From the NCBI RefSeq assembly GCF_041886205.1, contig NZ_CP169029.1: 64,000 bases of DNA; one strand, written 5' to 3'. Of the stretch, positions 1-11,316 are shown one piece after another. The DNA comes from Escherichia coli (GTDB lineage: Bacteria > Pseudomonadota > Gammaproteobacteria > Enterobacterales > Enterobacteriaceae). The position numbers were made by a program, and so were the translations under genes. The notes below the pieces were generated by a model. The model did no database searches. It was given only the letters and a program-made list of their open reading frames with translations, and was not told where the DNA came from. Position 1 is the stretch's first letter, and each line of letters opens with the position of its first letter.

Positions 1-69
1 CACGGTTCATTTGGTACGAAGATGGGCGACTATATTGTGGCTTATGCGCTGCCGGATGATGTGAAGTAA
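1..69 (+). CDS. 3' end of an ORF entering from upstream (probably PQQ-dependent glucose dehydrogenase gcd, by synteny)
   Basis: Frame open from base 1 to TAA at 67-69 (…GDYIVAYALPDDVK*); position relative to cueO fits gcd; too short to recognise by sequence. Confidence 0.45.
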   Translation, partial: HGSFGTKMGDYIVAYALPDDVK

Positions 70-107
70 GACTTGCTCAGATTGCTGACAACGTGCGCGT
101 TGTTCAT

Positions 108-205
108 GCCGGATGCGGCGTGAACGCCTTATCCAGCCTACAAAATTGTGCAAAATCAATGGATTGCACAGCTAGCGTAGGCCTGATAAGCGTAGCGCAT
201 CAGGC
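108..205. repeat. REP/BIME palindromic unit pair
   Basis: gccggatgcggcgtgaacgccttatccagcctaca followed by inverted gtaggcctgataagcgtagcgcatcaggc, the typical E. coli REP sequences. Confidence 0.7.
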
Positions 206-270
206 AGATTTGCGTTTGTCATCAGTTTAATGCCCGGAGAGATCCGGGCATATTTCCGAATACGGTCTTT

Positions 271-1821
271 TTATACCGTAAACCCTAACATCATCCCCGT
301 ATCTTCATGCTCCAGCAGATGGCAGTGCGCCATATAAGCATGTTCTTTCGGTGCATCGTGATTAAACTTCACCAGCACTTCGCTGACATTACCTTCTACC
401 TTAACGGTATCTTTCCAGCCCGCGCGATGAGCCGCTGGCGGTTTGCCATTTTCTGACAAGATACGGAACTGCGTGCCGTGGATATGGAACGGATGCAGCA
501 TCATGTCGCCCACGCCAGAGATAACCCAACGTTCGTATTGCCCTTTCGCCGCCGCAAACATCGGCTTGTTCATATCAAACGCCTGACCGTTGATTTTGTT
601 GGCATGGTGGAAATCGAACTTCCCGCCGTGGTTCATATGATTCATATTGCCGTGCCCCATATGGCCCATCATCTGGCTGTGATCCATCCCGGCCATCGCC
701 TGATCGCCATATTTCTCCATTAGCATCTGCATCCCCATCATATCGAGCATCGGGTCCATAGAGAGTTGCAGCTTGCGTACCGTCAGCCCTTCCAGCGAAG
801 GTAACGCAGGCAGGCTACTTAATGTGTCTGGCAAAGCACCGGAGGCACTAATAGCAATCGGCTGAATCCGCATTACCGGATGAGGCTTATCAAACGGCGC
901 AATCGCCATCCCCATCTGGCTGACCGGCAGCGTCACCAGGTCAAAGGGTTTGTTATCGTTAACCTCCACCAGCACTTCAAAACGCTCGCCCATCAGCACC
1001 GGCAGTTCGCTCACCTTCACTGGTTCAGGTAGCAGACCACCGTCGCTGGCAATCACATACAGCGGGCGATTGTCGCTGGTGGCGAAATTGAGCGAACGGG
1101 CATTACAGCCATTGAGCAAACGCAGGCGCAGCCAACCACGCGGGGCAGCGTGTTGCGGGTAGATTGCACCGTTGGTCAGCAACGTATCGCCAAACCAGCC
1201 CACGGCGGCGGTCATCACATCCAGTTGATAATCAATCTGCCCGTCGGCGCTAAATTTCTTATCCTGAACGATCACCGGAACATCATCGATACCCCACTGT
1301 TTTGGCAGCATTAATTTCAGGATCTCGTCATCTTCAATCACCACCAGCCCAGCCAGCCCCATCGCCACCTGTCGCCCGGTTTTGCCGTGCTGATGCGGAT
1401 GGAACCAGCAGGTAGCGGCAGGTTGATCAACGTTCAACGTCACCGAGCGCTTGCCACCTGGCGGAATAATTCCCTGCGGGCCGCCGTCGACTTCACCCGG
1501 TACTTCCAGCCCGTGCCAGTGCAACGTTGTCTCTTCCGTCAGTTGGTTGTAGATATCAACCGTTACCGCTTTGCCGCGCTGTAATTTCACCGCCGGCCCC
1601 AGCAGATTGCCGTTATAGCCCCAGGTAGTTGCAGTTTTCCCGCCAAAGGTGGACTGGCCTGCGCCAATAGTTAACTGAATGCGATTACGGGCATCGGTCG
1701 TGAGCAAATCAGGGATCGGTAACGTTGGGCGTTCTGCCGCAAATACTGCGCGGCTCCACAGCGGCAAAGCCGAAGCCACACCCAGCGCGACGGAATATTT
1801 TAAGAAATCACGACGTTGCAT
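271..1821 (-). CDS. cueO: Multicopper oxidase CueO (periplasmic, Tat-exported)
   Basis: 516-aa translation with Tat signal [10 protein letters not shown], copper-site HxH motifs and a Met-rich insert; start set at internal ATG (1819-1821), not the longest ORF. Confidence 0.95.
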
Positions 1822-1986
1822 AGTTATTTCCTTATTCTTAAGCAGGCGAAACAAAATCAAACGTTGAGCATAGTCCTTCCCCTTACGGGAAGGTCAAGCC
1901 GCAGACACAATTTAATCGACAATAATGGTCGTCGCCTCGCTCGCAGTGTGCTAACGTTTATCTTCTTTAAGCCCCTGGTAGAAGCA

Positions 1987-2334
1987 ATGAAGACGTTTTT
2001 CAGAACAGTGTTATTCGGCAGCCTGATGGCCGTCTGCGCAAACAGTTACGCGCTCAGCGAGTCTGAAGCCGAAGATATGGCCGATTTAACGGCAGTTTTT
2101 GTCTTTCTGAAGAACGATTGTGGTTACCAGAACTTACCTAACGGGCAAATTCGTCGCGCACTGGTCTTTTTCGCTCAGCAAAACCAGTGGGACCTCAGTA
2201 ATTACGACACCTTCGACATGAAAGCCCTCGGTGAAGACAGCTACCGCGATCTCAGCGGCATTGGCATTCCCGTCGCTAAAAAATGCAAAGCCCTGGCCCG
2301 CGATTCCTTAAGCCTGCTTGCCTACGTCAAATAA
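1987..2334 (+). CDS. yacC: Small secreted protein YacC (115 aa, signal peptide)
   Basis: Translation MKTFFRTVLFGSLMAVCANSYA… matches YacC; start at internal ATG 1987. Confidence 0.85.
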   Translation: MKTFFRTVLFGSLMAVCANSYALSESEAEDMADLTAVFVFLKNDCGYQNLPNGQIRRALVFFAQQNQWDLSNYDTFDMKALGEDSYRDLSGIGIPVAKKCKALARDSLSLLAYVK

Positions 2335-2439
2335 TCCCTGATACCTTTTTGTAGAAATATTGACCGTGCATCCGCGGTCAATGTTAGCTATTATGTTGCG
2401 CCCTTTTTTTACGGGTGTTAACAAAGGAGGTATCAACCC

Positions 2440-3306
2440 ATGGCCGAAAAAAAACAGTGGCATGAAACGCTACACGACCAGTTTGGGCAGTACTTTGCGG
2501 TAGATAACGTTCTGTATCATGAAAAGACCGATCACCAGGATCTGATCATTTTTGAGAACGCTGCATTTGGTCGCGTAATGGCGCTGGATGGCGTAGTACA
2601 AACCACCGAGCGCGACGAGTTTATCTATCATGAGATGATGACCCATGTTCCGCTACTGGCCCATGGTCACGCGAAACATGTGCTGATTATCGGCGGCGGC
2701 GACGGTGCCATGCTGCGTGAAGTAACCCGACATAAAAACGTTGAGTCAATCACGATGGTGGAAATCGATGCGGGTGTCGTATCGTTCTGCCGTCAGTATC
2801 TACCCAACCATAACGCCGGTAGCTACGACGATCCGCGCTTTAAGCTGGTGATCGACGATGGCGTCAATTTCGTTAATCAAACCAGCCAGACCTTTGATGT
2901 CATTATCTCCGACTGCACCGATCCTATCGGTCCCGGCGAAAGTCTGTTCACCTCAGCATTTTATGAAGGCTGCAAACGTTGCCTGAATCCTGGCGGTATC
3001 TTCGTCGCACAAAACGGCGTCTGCTTTTTACAGCAGGAAGAGGCTATCGACAGTCATCGCAAACTCAGCCATTACTTCAGCGACGTTGGCTTTTATCAGG
3101 CGGCGATCCCGACCTATTACGGCGGTATCATGACTTTTGCATGGGCGACAGATAACGACGCCTTACGCCATCTCTCAACCGAAATTATTCAGGCGCGTTT
3201 TCTCGCTTCTGGCCTGAAATGCCGTTATTACAATCCGGCAATCCATACGGCAGCTTTTGCCTTACCTCAGTATCTGCAAGACGCACTGGCTTCACAGCCG
3301 TCCTAA
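2440..3306 (+). CDS. speE: Spermidine synthase
   Basis: 288-aa translation with GGGDG SAM/dcSAM motif; RBS aaggagg upstream; followed by speD. Confidence 0.95.
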   Translation: MAEKKQWHETLHDQFGQYFAVDNVLYHEKTDHQDLIIFENAAFGRVMALDGVVQTTERDEFIYHEMMTHVPLLAHGHAKHVLIIGGGDGAMLREVTRHKNVESITMVEIDAGVVSFCRQYLPNHNAGSYDDPRFKLVIDDGVNFVNQTSQTFDVIISDCTDPIGPGESLFTSAFYEGCKRCLNPGGIFVAQNGVCFLQQEEAIDSHRKLSHYFSDVGFYQAAIPTYYGGIMTFAWATDNDALRHLSTEIIQARFLASGLKCRYYNPAIHTAAFALPQYLQDALASQPS

Positions 3307-3321
3307 GGAGAAGATAAGAAA

Positions 3322-4116
3322 TTGAAAAAACTGAAACTGCATGGCTTTAATAATCTGACCAAAAGTCTGAGTTTTTGTATTTACGATATCTGCTACGCCA
3401 AAACTGCCGAAGAGCGCGACGGTTATATTGCTTATATCGATGAACTCTATAATGCCAACCGTCTGACCGAAATCCTGTCAGAAACCTGTTCCATTATCGG
3501 GGCCAATATTCTTAACATCGCCCGCCAGGATTACGAACCACAGGGTGCCAGCGTCACTATTCTGGTGAGTGAAGAACCGGTTGACCCGAAACTCATCGAC
3601 AAAACAGAACACCCCGGCCCACTGCCAGAAACGGTCGTTGCCCATCTCGATAAAAGTCATATTTGCGTACATACCTACCCGGAAAGTCATCCTGAAGGCG
3701 GTTTATGTACCTTCCGCGCCGATATTGAAGTCTCTACCTGCGGCGTGATTTCTCCGCTGAAGGCGCTGAATTACCTGATCCACCAGCTTGAGTCCGATAT
3801 CGTAACCATTGATTATCGCGTGCGCGGTTTTACCCGCGACATTAACGGTATGAAGCACTTTATCGACCATGAGATTAATTCGATTCAGAACTTTATGTCT
3901 GACGATATGAAGGCGCTGTATGACATGGTGGATGTGAACGTCTATCAGGAAAATATCTTCCATACCAAGATGTTGCTTAAAGAGTTCGACCTTAAGCACT
4001 ACATGTTCCACACCAAACCGGAAGACTTAACCGACAGCGAGCGCCAGGAAATTACCGCTGCGCTGTGGAAAGAGATGCGCGAGATTTATTACGGGCGCAA
4101 TATGCCAGCTGTTTAA
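3322..4116 (+). CDS. speD: S-adenosylmethionine decarboxylase proenzyme
   Basis: 264-aa translation [14 protein letters not shown]… from a TTG start; speED operon arrangement. Confidence 0.93.
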
Positions 4117-4121
4117 CGGCT

Positions 4122-4147
4122 CTGGCGGAGCTCCCAGGCTCCGCCAG
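4122..4147. terminator. Bidirectional hairpin between convergent speD and yacL
   Basis: 10-bp perfect stem ctggcggagc/gctccgccag with loop tcccag, followed by T-rich atttattta. Confidence 0.6.
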
Positions 4148-4153
4148 ATTTAT

Positions 4154-4516
4154 TTACTTCTGCTGCACGAAATTACGGTAAGCCGCCACGACCTGCAGAA
4201 AATCCTCAACGCCGCATAGCGACAGGCTTTCTTCGTCGTAGTAGTTCATCCCCTCTTCCATTTCATCGCCAGCGAATTCCAGTTGATTGGCGCGAACCAT
4301 CACCTCTTCACCGTCCATCCACAGAGTGTACTCATGCCCTGCCCGTTGCCAGGACCGTTCGCTACCTTTCAGTGCGTGCGCTGCTTGTTCCACTTCATCA
4401 AGCAAGGCCAGGTTTTCTTTCACCTCTTCATTAAACCAGTGCCCGACCACTTCATGCCCCATGGACATACGCACCTTTACCACTCCGGTAATATCGCGCA
4501 GAAATTCGTAATCCAT
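4154..4516 (-). CDS. yacL: UPF0231 family protein YacL (120 aa)
   Basis: Translation [22 protein letters not shown]…; start at internal ATG rather than longest ORF. Confidence 0.85.
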
Positions 4517-4628
4517 AGTGTGTTCCTCTGCTCCCGGCAATGCGCCGAAATCGCATTGCGCCATTGATGTAATTATCGCAGCCTTACCGGAGAAAAACAG
4601 CGGAACGGCGATGGTTTAGAGATAAAAA

Positions 4629-4658
4629 AATGCCCGGGAATCTCATTCACCGGGCATT
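4629..4658 (-). terminator. Rho-independent terminator downstream of acnB
   Basis: Stem aatgcccgg/ccgggcatt; on the minus strand it is followed by a U-run (plus-strand aaaaaaa at 4624-4630). Confidence 0.6.
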
Positions 4659-4691
4659 GTGTCGTTTATGCGCAGCGCGTGCGCTTACTTA

Positions 4692-7289
4692 TTAAACCGC
4701 AGTCTGGAAAATCACACCATCGGCTTTTTCAGTGTACTGAGAAAGCTGGTTGAAGTTCAGGTAACGGTAAGTATCAACGGCAGTTTTATCCACCTGCGCC
4801 ACGTAGGTCTGGTACTCTTCCGGCGTCGGTAGTTTGCCAATCAGCGCCGCAACAGCAGCCAGTTCCGCAGAAGCCAGGAAGACATTCGCGCCAGTCCCCA
4901 GACGGTTCGGGAAGTTACGGGTCGAGGTGGAAACCACCGTCGCGCCGTCTGCCACACGCGCCTGGTTACCCATACACAGGGAACAGCCAGGGATCTCGAT
5001 ACGCGCACCACTCTTACCGAAGACGCTGTAGTAGCCTTCTTCGGTCAACTGCGCGGCGTCCATACGGGTTGGCGGTGCTACCCACAGGCGGGTCGGCAAC
5101 TGACCTTTGTGTGCATCCAGCAGTTTACCCGCAGCACGGAAGTGACCGATGTTGGTCATGCAAGAACCGATAAACACTTCGTCGATCTTCTCACCCTGTA
5201 CCGCAGACAGCGGTCGCGCGTCATCCGGGTCGTTCGGAGCACACAGGATTGGCTCTTTAATATCCGCCAGATCGATGTCGATCACTGCCGCGTATTCCGC
5301 ATCTGCATCGGCTTCCAGCAGCTCAGGATTCGCCAGCCATTTTTCCATGCCCTGAATACGACGTTCCAGGGTACGACGATCGCCGTAACCTTCCGCGATC
5401 ATCCACTTCAGCAGGACGATGTTAGAGTTCAGGTATTCGATGATCGGTTCTTTGTTCAGCTTGATGGTACAACCGGCAGCAGAACGCTCGGCGGATGCAT
5501 CGGTCAGCTCAAAGGCCTGCTCAACTTTCAGATCCGGCAGACCTTCAATTTCGAGGATGCGGCCAGAGAAGATGTTTTTCTTGCCTTTCTTCTCAACGGT
5601 CAGCAGACCTTGTTTGATCGCATACAGCGGAATGGCGTGTACCAGATCGCGCAGGGTGATGCCCGGCTGCATTTTGCCTTTGAAGCGCACCAGAACGGAT
5701 TCCGGCATATCCAGCGGCATTACGCCAGTTGCGGCAGCAAACGCCACCAGACCAGAACCCGCCGGGAAAGAGATACCGATCGGGAAACGGGTATGGGAGT
5801 CACCACCGGTACCGACGGTATCCGGCAGCAGCATACGGTTCAGCCAGGAGTGGATTACGCCGTCCCCCGGACGCAGCGACACACCGCCACGGTTCATAAT
5901 GAAGTCCGGCAGCGTGTGGTGCGTGTTCACGTCAACTGGCTTCGGATACGCCGCGGTGTGGCAGAAAGACTGCATCACCAGGTCAGCCGAGAAGCCCAGG
6001 CACGCCAGGTCTTTCAGTTCATCACGGGTCATCGGGCCTGTGGTGTCCTGAGAGCCTACAGAAGTCATTTTCGGTTCACAGTACGCGCCCGGACGAATGC
6101 CTTTCACGCCACAGGCACGGCCTACCATTTTTTGCGCCAGCGAGAAGCCGCGATCGCTCTCAGCGACATCTTTCGCCTGACGGAACACATCACTGTGCGG
6201 CAGACCAAGTGCTTCACGCGCTTTGGTGGTCAGGCCACGCCCGATAATCAGCGGAATACGGCCGCCAGCACGCACTTCATCAATCAGCACGTCGGTTTTC
6301 AGTTCGAAGGTCGCCAGCAGTTCGCCTGTTTCGTGGTTACGCACTTCACCTTTGTACGGGTAAACGTCAATCACGTCGCCCATGTTCAGGTTAGAGACGT
6401 CGACTTCGATTGGCAGTGCACCCGCGTCTTCCATCGTGTTAAAGAAGATGGGTGCAATTTTACCGCCGAGGCACAAACCACCGCCGCGTTTGTTCGGCAC
6501 ATGTGGAATATCATCGCCCATAAACCACAGAACGGAGTTCGTGGCGGATTTACGCGATGAACCCGTACCCACAACGTCACCGACGTACGCCAGCGGGAAA
6601 CCTTTCTGTTGCAGAGCTTCAATCTGTTTGATCGGGCCAACAACACCTGGCTGGTCTGGCTCAATACCTTCACGGGCGTTTTTCAGCATCGCCAGCGCGT
6701 GCAGTGGGATATCCGGGCGCGACCACGCATCCGGTGCCGGAGAAAGGTCATCGGTGTTGGTTTCGCCAGTGACTTTGAAGACGGTAACGGTCAGTTTTTC
6801 AGCCAGCGCCGGGCGATTCAGGAACCATTCGGCATCCGCCCAGGACTGCATTACCTGCTTCGCATATTCGTTGCCTGCTTTGGCTTTCTCTTCTACGTCA
6901 TAGAAGTTATCGAACATCAGCAGTGTGTGAGAAAGTGCTTTGGCAGCGATCGGTGCCAGTTTGGCATCATCCAGCGCGTCGATCAGCGGATGAATGTTGT
7001 AACCACCCTGCATGGTACCCAGCAGTTCGATGGCTTTTTCCGGAGTCAGCAGAGGGGATTTGGCTTCGCCTTTAGCGATAGCAGCCAGGAAGCCTGCTTT
7101 GACATAGGCGGCTTCATCGACGCCAGGGGGAACACGGTTGGTTAATAGATCTAACAGGAATTCTTCTTCGCCCGCGGGCGGGTTTTTCAGCAGCTCTACA
7201 AGTGCGGCCATTTGGTTTGCATCCAGGGGTTTGGGCGCAATCCCCTCAGCGGCACGCTCAGCTACGTGCTTACGGTATTCTTCTAGCAC
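4692..7289 (-). CDS. acnB: Aconitate hydratase B (bifunctional aconitase/2-methylisocitrate dehydratase)
   Basis: 865-aa translation beginning (V)[15 protein letters not shown] from a GTG start at 7287-7289; Fe-S cluster Cys motifs. Confidence 0.95.
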   Translation of the reverse strand: MLEEYRKHVAERAAEGIAPKPLDANQMAALVELLKNPPAGEEEFLLDLLTNRVPPGVDEAAYVKAGFLAAIAKGEAKSPLLTPEKAIELLGTMQGGYNIHPLIDALDDAKLAPIAAKALSHTLLMFDNFYDVEEKAKAGNEYAKQVMQSWADAEWFLNRPALAEKLTVTVFKVTGETNTDDLSPAPDAWSRPDIPLHALAMLKNAREGIEPDQPGVVGPIKQIEALQQKGFPLAYVGDVVGTGSSRKSATNSVLWFMGDDIPHVPNKRGGGLCLGGKIAPIFFNTMEDAGALPIEVDVSNLNMGDVIDVYPYKGEVRNHETGELLATFELKTDVLIDEVRAGGRIPLIIGRGLTTKAREALGLPHSDVFRQAKDVAESDRGFSLAQKMVGRACGVKGIRPGAYCEPKMTSVGSQDTTGPMTRDELKDLACLGFSADLVMQSFCHTAAYPKPVDVNTHHTLPDFIMNRGGVSLRPGDGVIHSWLNRMLLPDTVGTGGDSHTRFPIGISFPAGSGLVAFAAATGVMPLDMPESVLVRFKGKMQPGITLRDLVHAIPLYAIKQGLLTVEKKGKKNIFSGRILEIEGLPDLKVEQAFELTDASAERSAAGCTIKLNKEPIIEYLNSNIVLLKWMIAEGYGDRRTLERRIQGMEKWLANPELLEADADAEYAAVIDIDLADIKEPILCAPNDPDDARPLSAVQGEKIDEVFIGSCMTNIGHFRAAGKLLDAHKGQLPTRLWVAPPTRMDAAQLTEEGYYSVFGKSGARIEIPGCSLCMGNQARVADGATVVSTSTRNFPNRLGTGANVFLASAELAAVAALIGKLPTPEEYQTYVAQVDKTAVDTYRYLNFNQLSQYTEKADGVIFQTAV

Positions 7290-7643
7290 GACGGTTCTCC
7301 TCGCTCTCATTGTCATAGTGCGGCAGGCGATTCTCTTCACGCTCCTGTGAGACAGCAGTTTGTAGGGTAAATGCCCAGTACCGCAACGGGCAGAATAGCA
7401 GGATTTTGACGAGGTGTTAATCTGTTTACAAAAAAGCAACATAAAAAAGTGGCTGAATCGTTAAGGATGGTCTAGAGATTGTTTCCCTCCGTAAAAACTT
7501 CGTTAATTCGCATGGTGATAATCACCTTTCTCAACGAATCCCAAGATTAGTCAAAATTTAAACTACCGCCTCTTTATACTCGGATTCACAGCACCTGCGG
7601 GTGGCAGTTCGCCGACCATTGCGATTTCCTTGAGATCCGAATT

Positions 7644-9497
7644 ATGAAAATGACTTTGCCGTTTAAACCCCATGTGCTGGCGCTAATTTGCAGTGCCGGG
7701 CTTTGTGCCGCCTCTACCGGGCTATATATAAAAAGCCGCACAGTGGAAGCGCCTGTGGAACCGCAATCGACACAACTGGCTGTGTCTGACGCTGCCGCGG
7801 TTACGTTTCCTGCAACGGTTTCCGCACCTCCCGTAACACCCGCCGTCGTCAAATCCGCATTCAGCACTGCACAAATAGATCAATGGGTCGCGCCCGTCGC
7901 GCTGTATCCCGACGCCCTACTTTCGCAGGTGCTGATGGCATCAACCTATCCGACAAACGTTGCTCAAGCAGTGCAATGGTCGCACGATAATCCACTTAAA
8001 CAAGGCGATGCTGCTATTCAGGCGGTATCTGACCAGCCGTGGGACGCCAGCGTTAAATCACTGGTGGCCTTTCCACAATTGATGGCATTGATGGGCGAAA
8101 ACCCGCAATGGGTGCAAAACCTGGGCGATGCTTTTCTGGCCCAGCCGCAGGACGTGATGGACTCGGTACAGCGATTGCGGCAACTGGCGCAACAAACCGG
8201 CTCGCTGAAGTCATCAACCGAACAGAAAGTTATTACCACAACGAAGAAAGCTGTACCGGTAAAACAGACAGTCACGGCACCCGTCATACCATCCAATACA
8301 GTTTTAACTGCCAACCCCGTCATTACAGAGCCGGCAACAACCGTCATTTCCATTGAGCCCGCCAATCCTGATGTGGTCTATATTCCCAACTACAACCCAA
8401 CCGTGGTTTACGGGAACTGGGCCAATACTGCGTATCCGCCGGTTTATCTGCCACCACCAGCCGGAGAACCGTTTGTTGACAGCTTTGTACGCGGATTCGG
8501 CTATAGCATGGGCGTTGCTACCACGTACGCACTATTCAGCAGCATCGACTGGGACGACGACGATCATGACCATCATCATCATGACGATGATGATTATCAT
8601 CACCACGATGGCGGTCATCGTGACGGTAATGGCTGGCAACACAACGGCGACAACATCAATATCGACGTCAACAATTTCAACCGTATCACCGGTGAGCATC
8701 TTACTGATAAGAATATGGCATGGCGGCACAATCCAAACTACCGTAATGGTGTGCCCTATCATGATCAGGATATGGCAAAGCGGTTTCATCAAACCGATGT
8801 CAACGGCGGAATGAGCGCCACGCAATTACCTGCCCCAACGCGCGACAGCCAGCGTCAGGCGGCAGCAAATCAGTTTCAGCAACGAACACACGCCGCACCA
8901 GTCATTACACGAGATACCCAACGTCAGGCAGCGGCACAGCGGTTTAATGAAGCTGAACACTATGGGAGCTATGACGACTTCCACGACTTCAGCCGTCGCC
9001 AACCACTGACCCAGCAACAAAAGGACGCCGCTCGTCAGCGTTATCAGTCCGCCTCGCCTGAGCAGCGCCAGGCAGTTCGCGAGAGAATGCAGACTAACCC
9101 GCAGATCCAGCAGCGAAGAGAGGCAGCGCGTGAGCGCATTCAGTCCGCCTCGCCTGAGCAGCGCCAGGCGGTTCGCGAGAAAATGCAGACTAACCCGCAG
9201 AACCAGCAGCGAAGAGACGCAGCGCGTGAGCGTATTCAGTCCGCATCACCAGAGCAGCGCCAGGTGTTTAAGGAAAAAGTACAGCAGCGCCCACTGAATC
9301 AACAGCAACGTGATAACGCCCGCCAGCGTGTTCAATCGGCATCACCTGAACAACGTCAGGTTTTTCGGGAAAAAGTTCAGGAGAGCCGCCCACAACGTCT
9401 AAACGACAGTAACCATACTGTCAGGCTGAATAACGAGCAACGGTCAGCAGTACGCGAACGTCTCTCTGAGCGCGGAGCAAGGCGACTGGAAAGGTAA
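7644..9497 (+). CDS. yacH: DUF3300-family protein YacH, function unknown
   Basis: 617-aa ORF with N-terminal signal/TM segment, an Asp/His-rich block and C-terminal tandem Gln/Arg-rich repeats; position between acnB and lpd. Confidence 0.85.
   Translation: MKMTLPFKPHVLALICSAGLCAASTGLYIKSRTVEAPVEPQSTQLAVSDAAAVTFPATVSAPPVTPAVVKSAFSTAQIDQWVAPVALYPDALLSQVLMASTYPTNVAQAVQWSHDNPLKQGDAAIQAVSDQPWDASVKSLVAFPQLMALMGENPQWVQNLGDAFLAQPQDVMDSVQRLRQLAQQTGSLKSSTEQKVITTTKKAVPVKQTVTAPVIPSNTVLTANPVITEPATTVISIEPANPDVVYIPNYNPTVVYGNWANTAYPPVYLPPPAGEPFVDSFVRGFGYSMGVATTYALFSSIDWDDDDHDHHHHDDDDYHHHDGGHRDGNGWQHNGDNINIDVNNFNRITGEHLTDKNMAWRHNPNYRNGVPYHDQDMAKRFHQTDVNGGMSATQLPAPTRDSQRQAAANQFQQRTHAAPVITRDTQRQAAAQRFNEAEHYGSYDDFHDFSRRQPLTQQQKDAARQRYQSASPEQRQAVRERMQTNPQIQQRREAARERIQSASPEQRQAVREKMQTNPQNQQRRDAARERIQSASPEQRQVFKEKVQQRPLNQQQRDNARQRVQSASPEQRQVFREKVQESRPQRLNDSNHTVRLNNEQRSAVRERLSERGARRLER
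9045..9380 (+). repeat. Intragenic tandem repeat in yacH (96-nt period, about 3.5 units)
   Basis: Units starting 9045, 9141 and 9237; the first two are near-identical at the nucleotide level and encode QSASPEQRQAVRE(R/K)MQTNPQxQQRRxAARERI. Confidence 0.85.
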
Positions 9498-9508
9498 ATT
9501 ACAGACGT

Positions 9509-9539
9509 AAAAAAAGCGGCGTGGTTAGCCGCTTTTTTA
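9509..9539. terminator. Bidirectional terminator between convergent yacH and lpd
   Basis: aaaaaa-agcggc-gtggtta-gccgct-tttttt: a GC stem flanked by an A-run and a T-run. Confidence 0.65.
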
Positions 9540-9567
9540 ATTGCCGGATGTTCCGGCAAACGAAAAA

Positions 9568-10992
9568 TTACTTCTTCTTCGCTTTCGGGTTCGGCAGGTC
9601 GGTAATGCTACCTTCGAACACTTCTGCCGCCAGGCCCACAGACTCGTGCAGAGTCGGGTGCGCGTGGATGGTCAGTGCGATGTCTTCAGCATCACAACCC
9701 ATTTCGATTGCCAGACCGATTTCACCCAGCAGCTCACCGCCGTTAGTACCGACAATCGCACCACCGATCACACGGTGAGATTCTTTGTCGAAAATCAGCT
9801 TGGTCATACCGTCTGCGCAGTCGGAAGCGATAGCACGGCCAGAAGCAGCCCACGGGAAGGTGGCGGTCTCAAAGCTGATGCCTTTCTCTTTCGCTTCTTT
9901 CTCAGTCAGACCTACCCATGCAACTTCTGGTTCGGTATAGGCGATGGACGGGATAACTTTCGGATCGAAGTAATGTTTTTTACCGGCGATAACTTCAGCG
10001 GCAACGTGACCTTCGTGAACACCTTTATGTGCCAGCATTGGCTGACCGACGATATCGCCGATAGCAAAGATGTGCGGTACGTTGGTACGCAGTTGTTTGT
10101 CAACGCGGATGAAACCACGGTCGTCAACTTCCACGCCAGCTTTGCCTGCGTCGAGGTTTTTACCGTTCGGCACACGACCAATCGCTACCAGCACGGCGTC
10201 GTAACGCTGCGGTTCAGCGGGTGCTTTTTTGCCTTCCATCGTCACATAAATGCCGTCTTCTTTCGCTTCAACGGCGGTAACTTTGGTTTCCAGCATCAGG
10301 TTGAATTTCTTGCTGATACGCTTGGTGAAGACTTTAACGATGTCTTTGTCAGCTGCCGGGATAACCTGGTCGAACATTTCAACCACGTCAATCTGTGAAC
10401 CCAGCGCGTGGTAAACGGTGCCCATTTCCAGACCGATGATACCGCCACCCATTACCAGCAGGCGTTCTGGTACTTCTTTCAGTTCCAGCGCGTCAGTGGA
10501 GTCCCAGATACGCGGATCTTCATGCGGAATAAACGGCAGTTGGATCGGGCGAGAACCCGCTGCAATGATCGCGTTGTCGAAGTTGATCACGGTTTTACCG
10601 TTCTCACCTTCAACTTCCAGGGTGTTAGCCCCGGTGAATTTACCCAGACCGTTGACCACTTTGACTTTGCGGCCTTTCGCCATACCAGCCAGACCACCGG
10701 TCAGCTGATTGATCACTTTCTCTTTCCAGGTACGAATCTTGTCGATATCGGTTTTCGGTTCGCCGAAGACGATACCATGTTCAGCCAGCGCTTTGGCTTC
10801 TTCGATAACTTTTGCTACGTGCAGCAGTGCTTTAGAAGGGATACAGCCGACGTTCAGGCAAACACCGCCAAGGGTGTTGTAACGTTCTACGATTACGGTT
10901 TCCAGACCTAAATCAGCGCAACGGAAGGCAGCGGAGTAACCTGCGGGGCCTGCCCCAAGTACCACGACCTGAGTTTTGATTTCAGTACTCAT
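9568..10992 (-). CDS. lpd: Dihydrolipoyl dehydrogenase (E3 of the PDH and OGDH complexes)
   Basis: 474-aa translation MSTEIKTQVVVLGAGPAGYSAAFR… with FAD/NAD motifs and redox-active CxxxxC (GGVCLNVGCIPSK). Confidence 0.96.
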   Translation of the reverse strand: MSTEIKTQVVVLGAGPAGYSAAFRCADLGLETVIVERYNTLGGVCLNVGCIPSKALLHVAKVIEEAKALAEHGIVFGEPKTDIDKIRTWKEKVINQLTGGLAGMAKGRKVKVVNGLGKFTGANTLEVEGENGKTVINFDNAIIAAGSRPIQLPFIPHEDPRIWDSTDALELKEVPERLLVMGGGIIGLEMGTVYHALGSQIDVVEMFDQVIPAADKDIVKVFTKRISKKFNLMLETKVTAVEAKEDGIYVTMEGKKAPAEPQRYDAVLVAIGRVPNGKNLDAGKAGVEVDDRGFIRVDKQLRTNVPHIFAIGDIVGQPMLAHKGVHEGHVAAEVIAGKKHYFDPKVIPSIAYTEPEVAWVGLTEKEAKEKGISFETATFPWAASGRAIASDCADGMTKLIFDKESHRVIGGAIVGTNGGELLGEIGLAIEMGCDAEDIALTIHAHPTLHESVGLAAEVFEGSITDLPNPKAKKK

Positions 10993-11283
10993 CATGACCT
11001 CTATATATTTATCTCCGGCGGTCATACCCGTCGTCTTTCAGGCCGCAGCGGCGTTAGCTTCACGCCCTCACCCCAGTCACTTACTTATGTAAGCTCCTGG
11101 GGATTCTGGCGCTTGCTACCTTGCTGCACCCAGAAATCCATAGGGTATGTGAAGTAATACCCTAACCACCACCGGGTCGTTCTATCCGTCGGTATTTTAC
11201 AAAATTGTTAACAATTTTTAAACAACAAACGGCAACCGATTTGTCTATTCGCTAATAACCTCAATACATTCATGAGATTACCA

Positions 11284-11309
11284 GAAAAAAGCCGGCCGTT
11301 TGGCCGGCT
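11284..11309 (-). terminator. Hairpin with U-run immediately downstream of aceF (partial terminator before the lpd promoter)
   Basis: Stem agccggcc/ggccggct with loop gttt; plus-strand A-run 11284-11289 gives a U-run on the minus-strand transcript. Confidence 0.55.
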
Positions 11310-11316
11310 CTTTTAC

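Noticed and set aside
221-258. Hairpin atgcccgg-agagatc-ccgggcat just downstream of the cueO stop, as a cueO terminator
   Set aside because: No U-run follows it on the minus-strand transcript; it may instead belong to the REP region or the upstream convergent gene. Left unannotated.
1816-1986. 5' extension of the yacC ORF (longest ORF starts at 1816)
   Set aside because: The extension overlaps the cueO promoter and start region, and the downstream ATG gives a protein beginning with a typical signal peptide matching known YacC.
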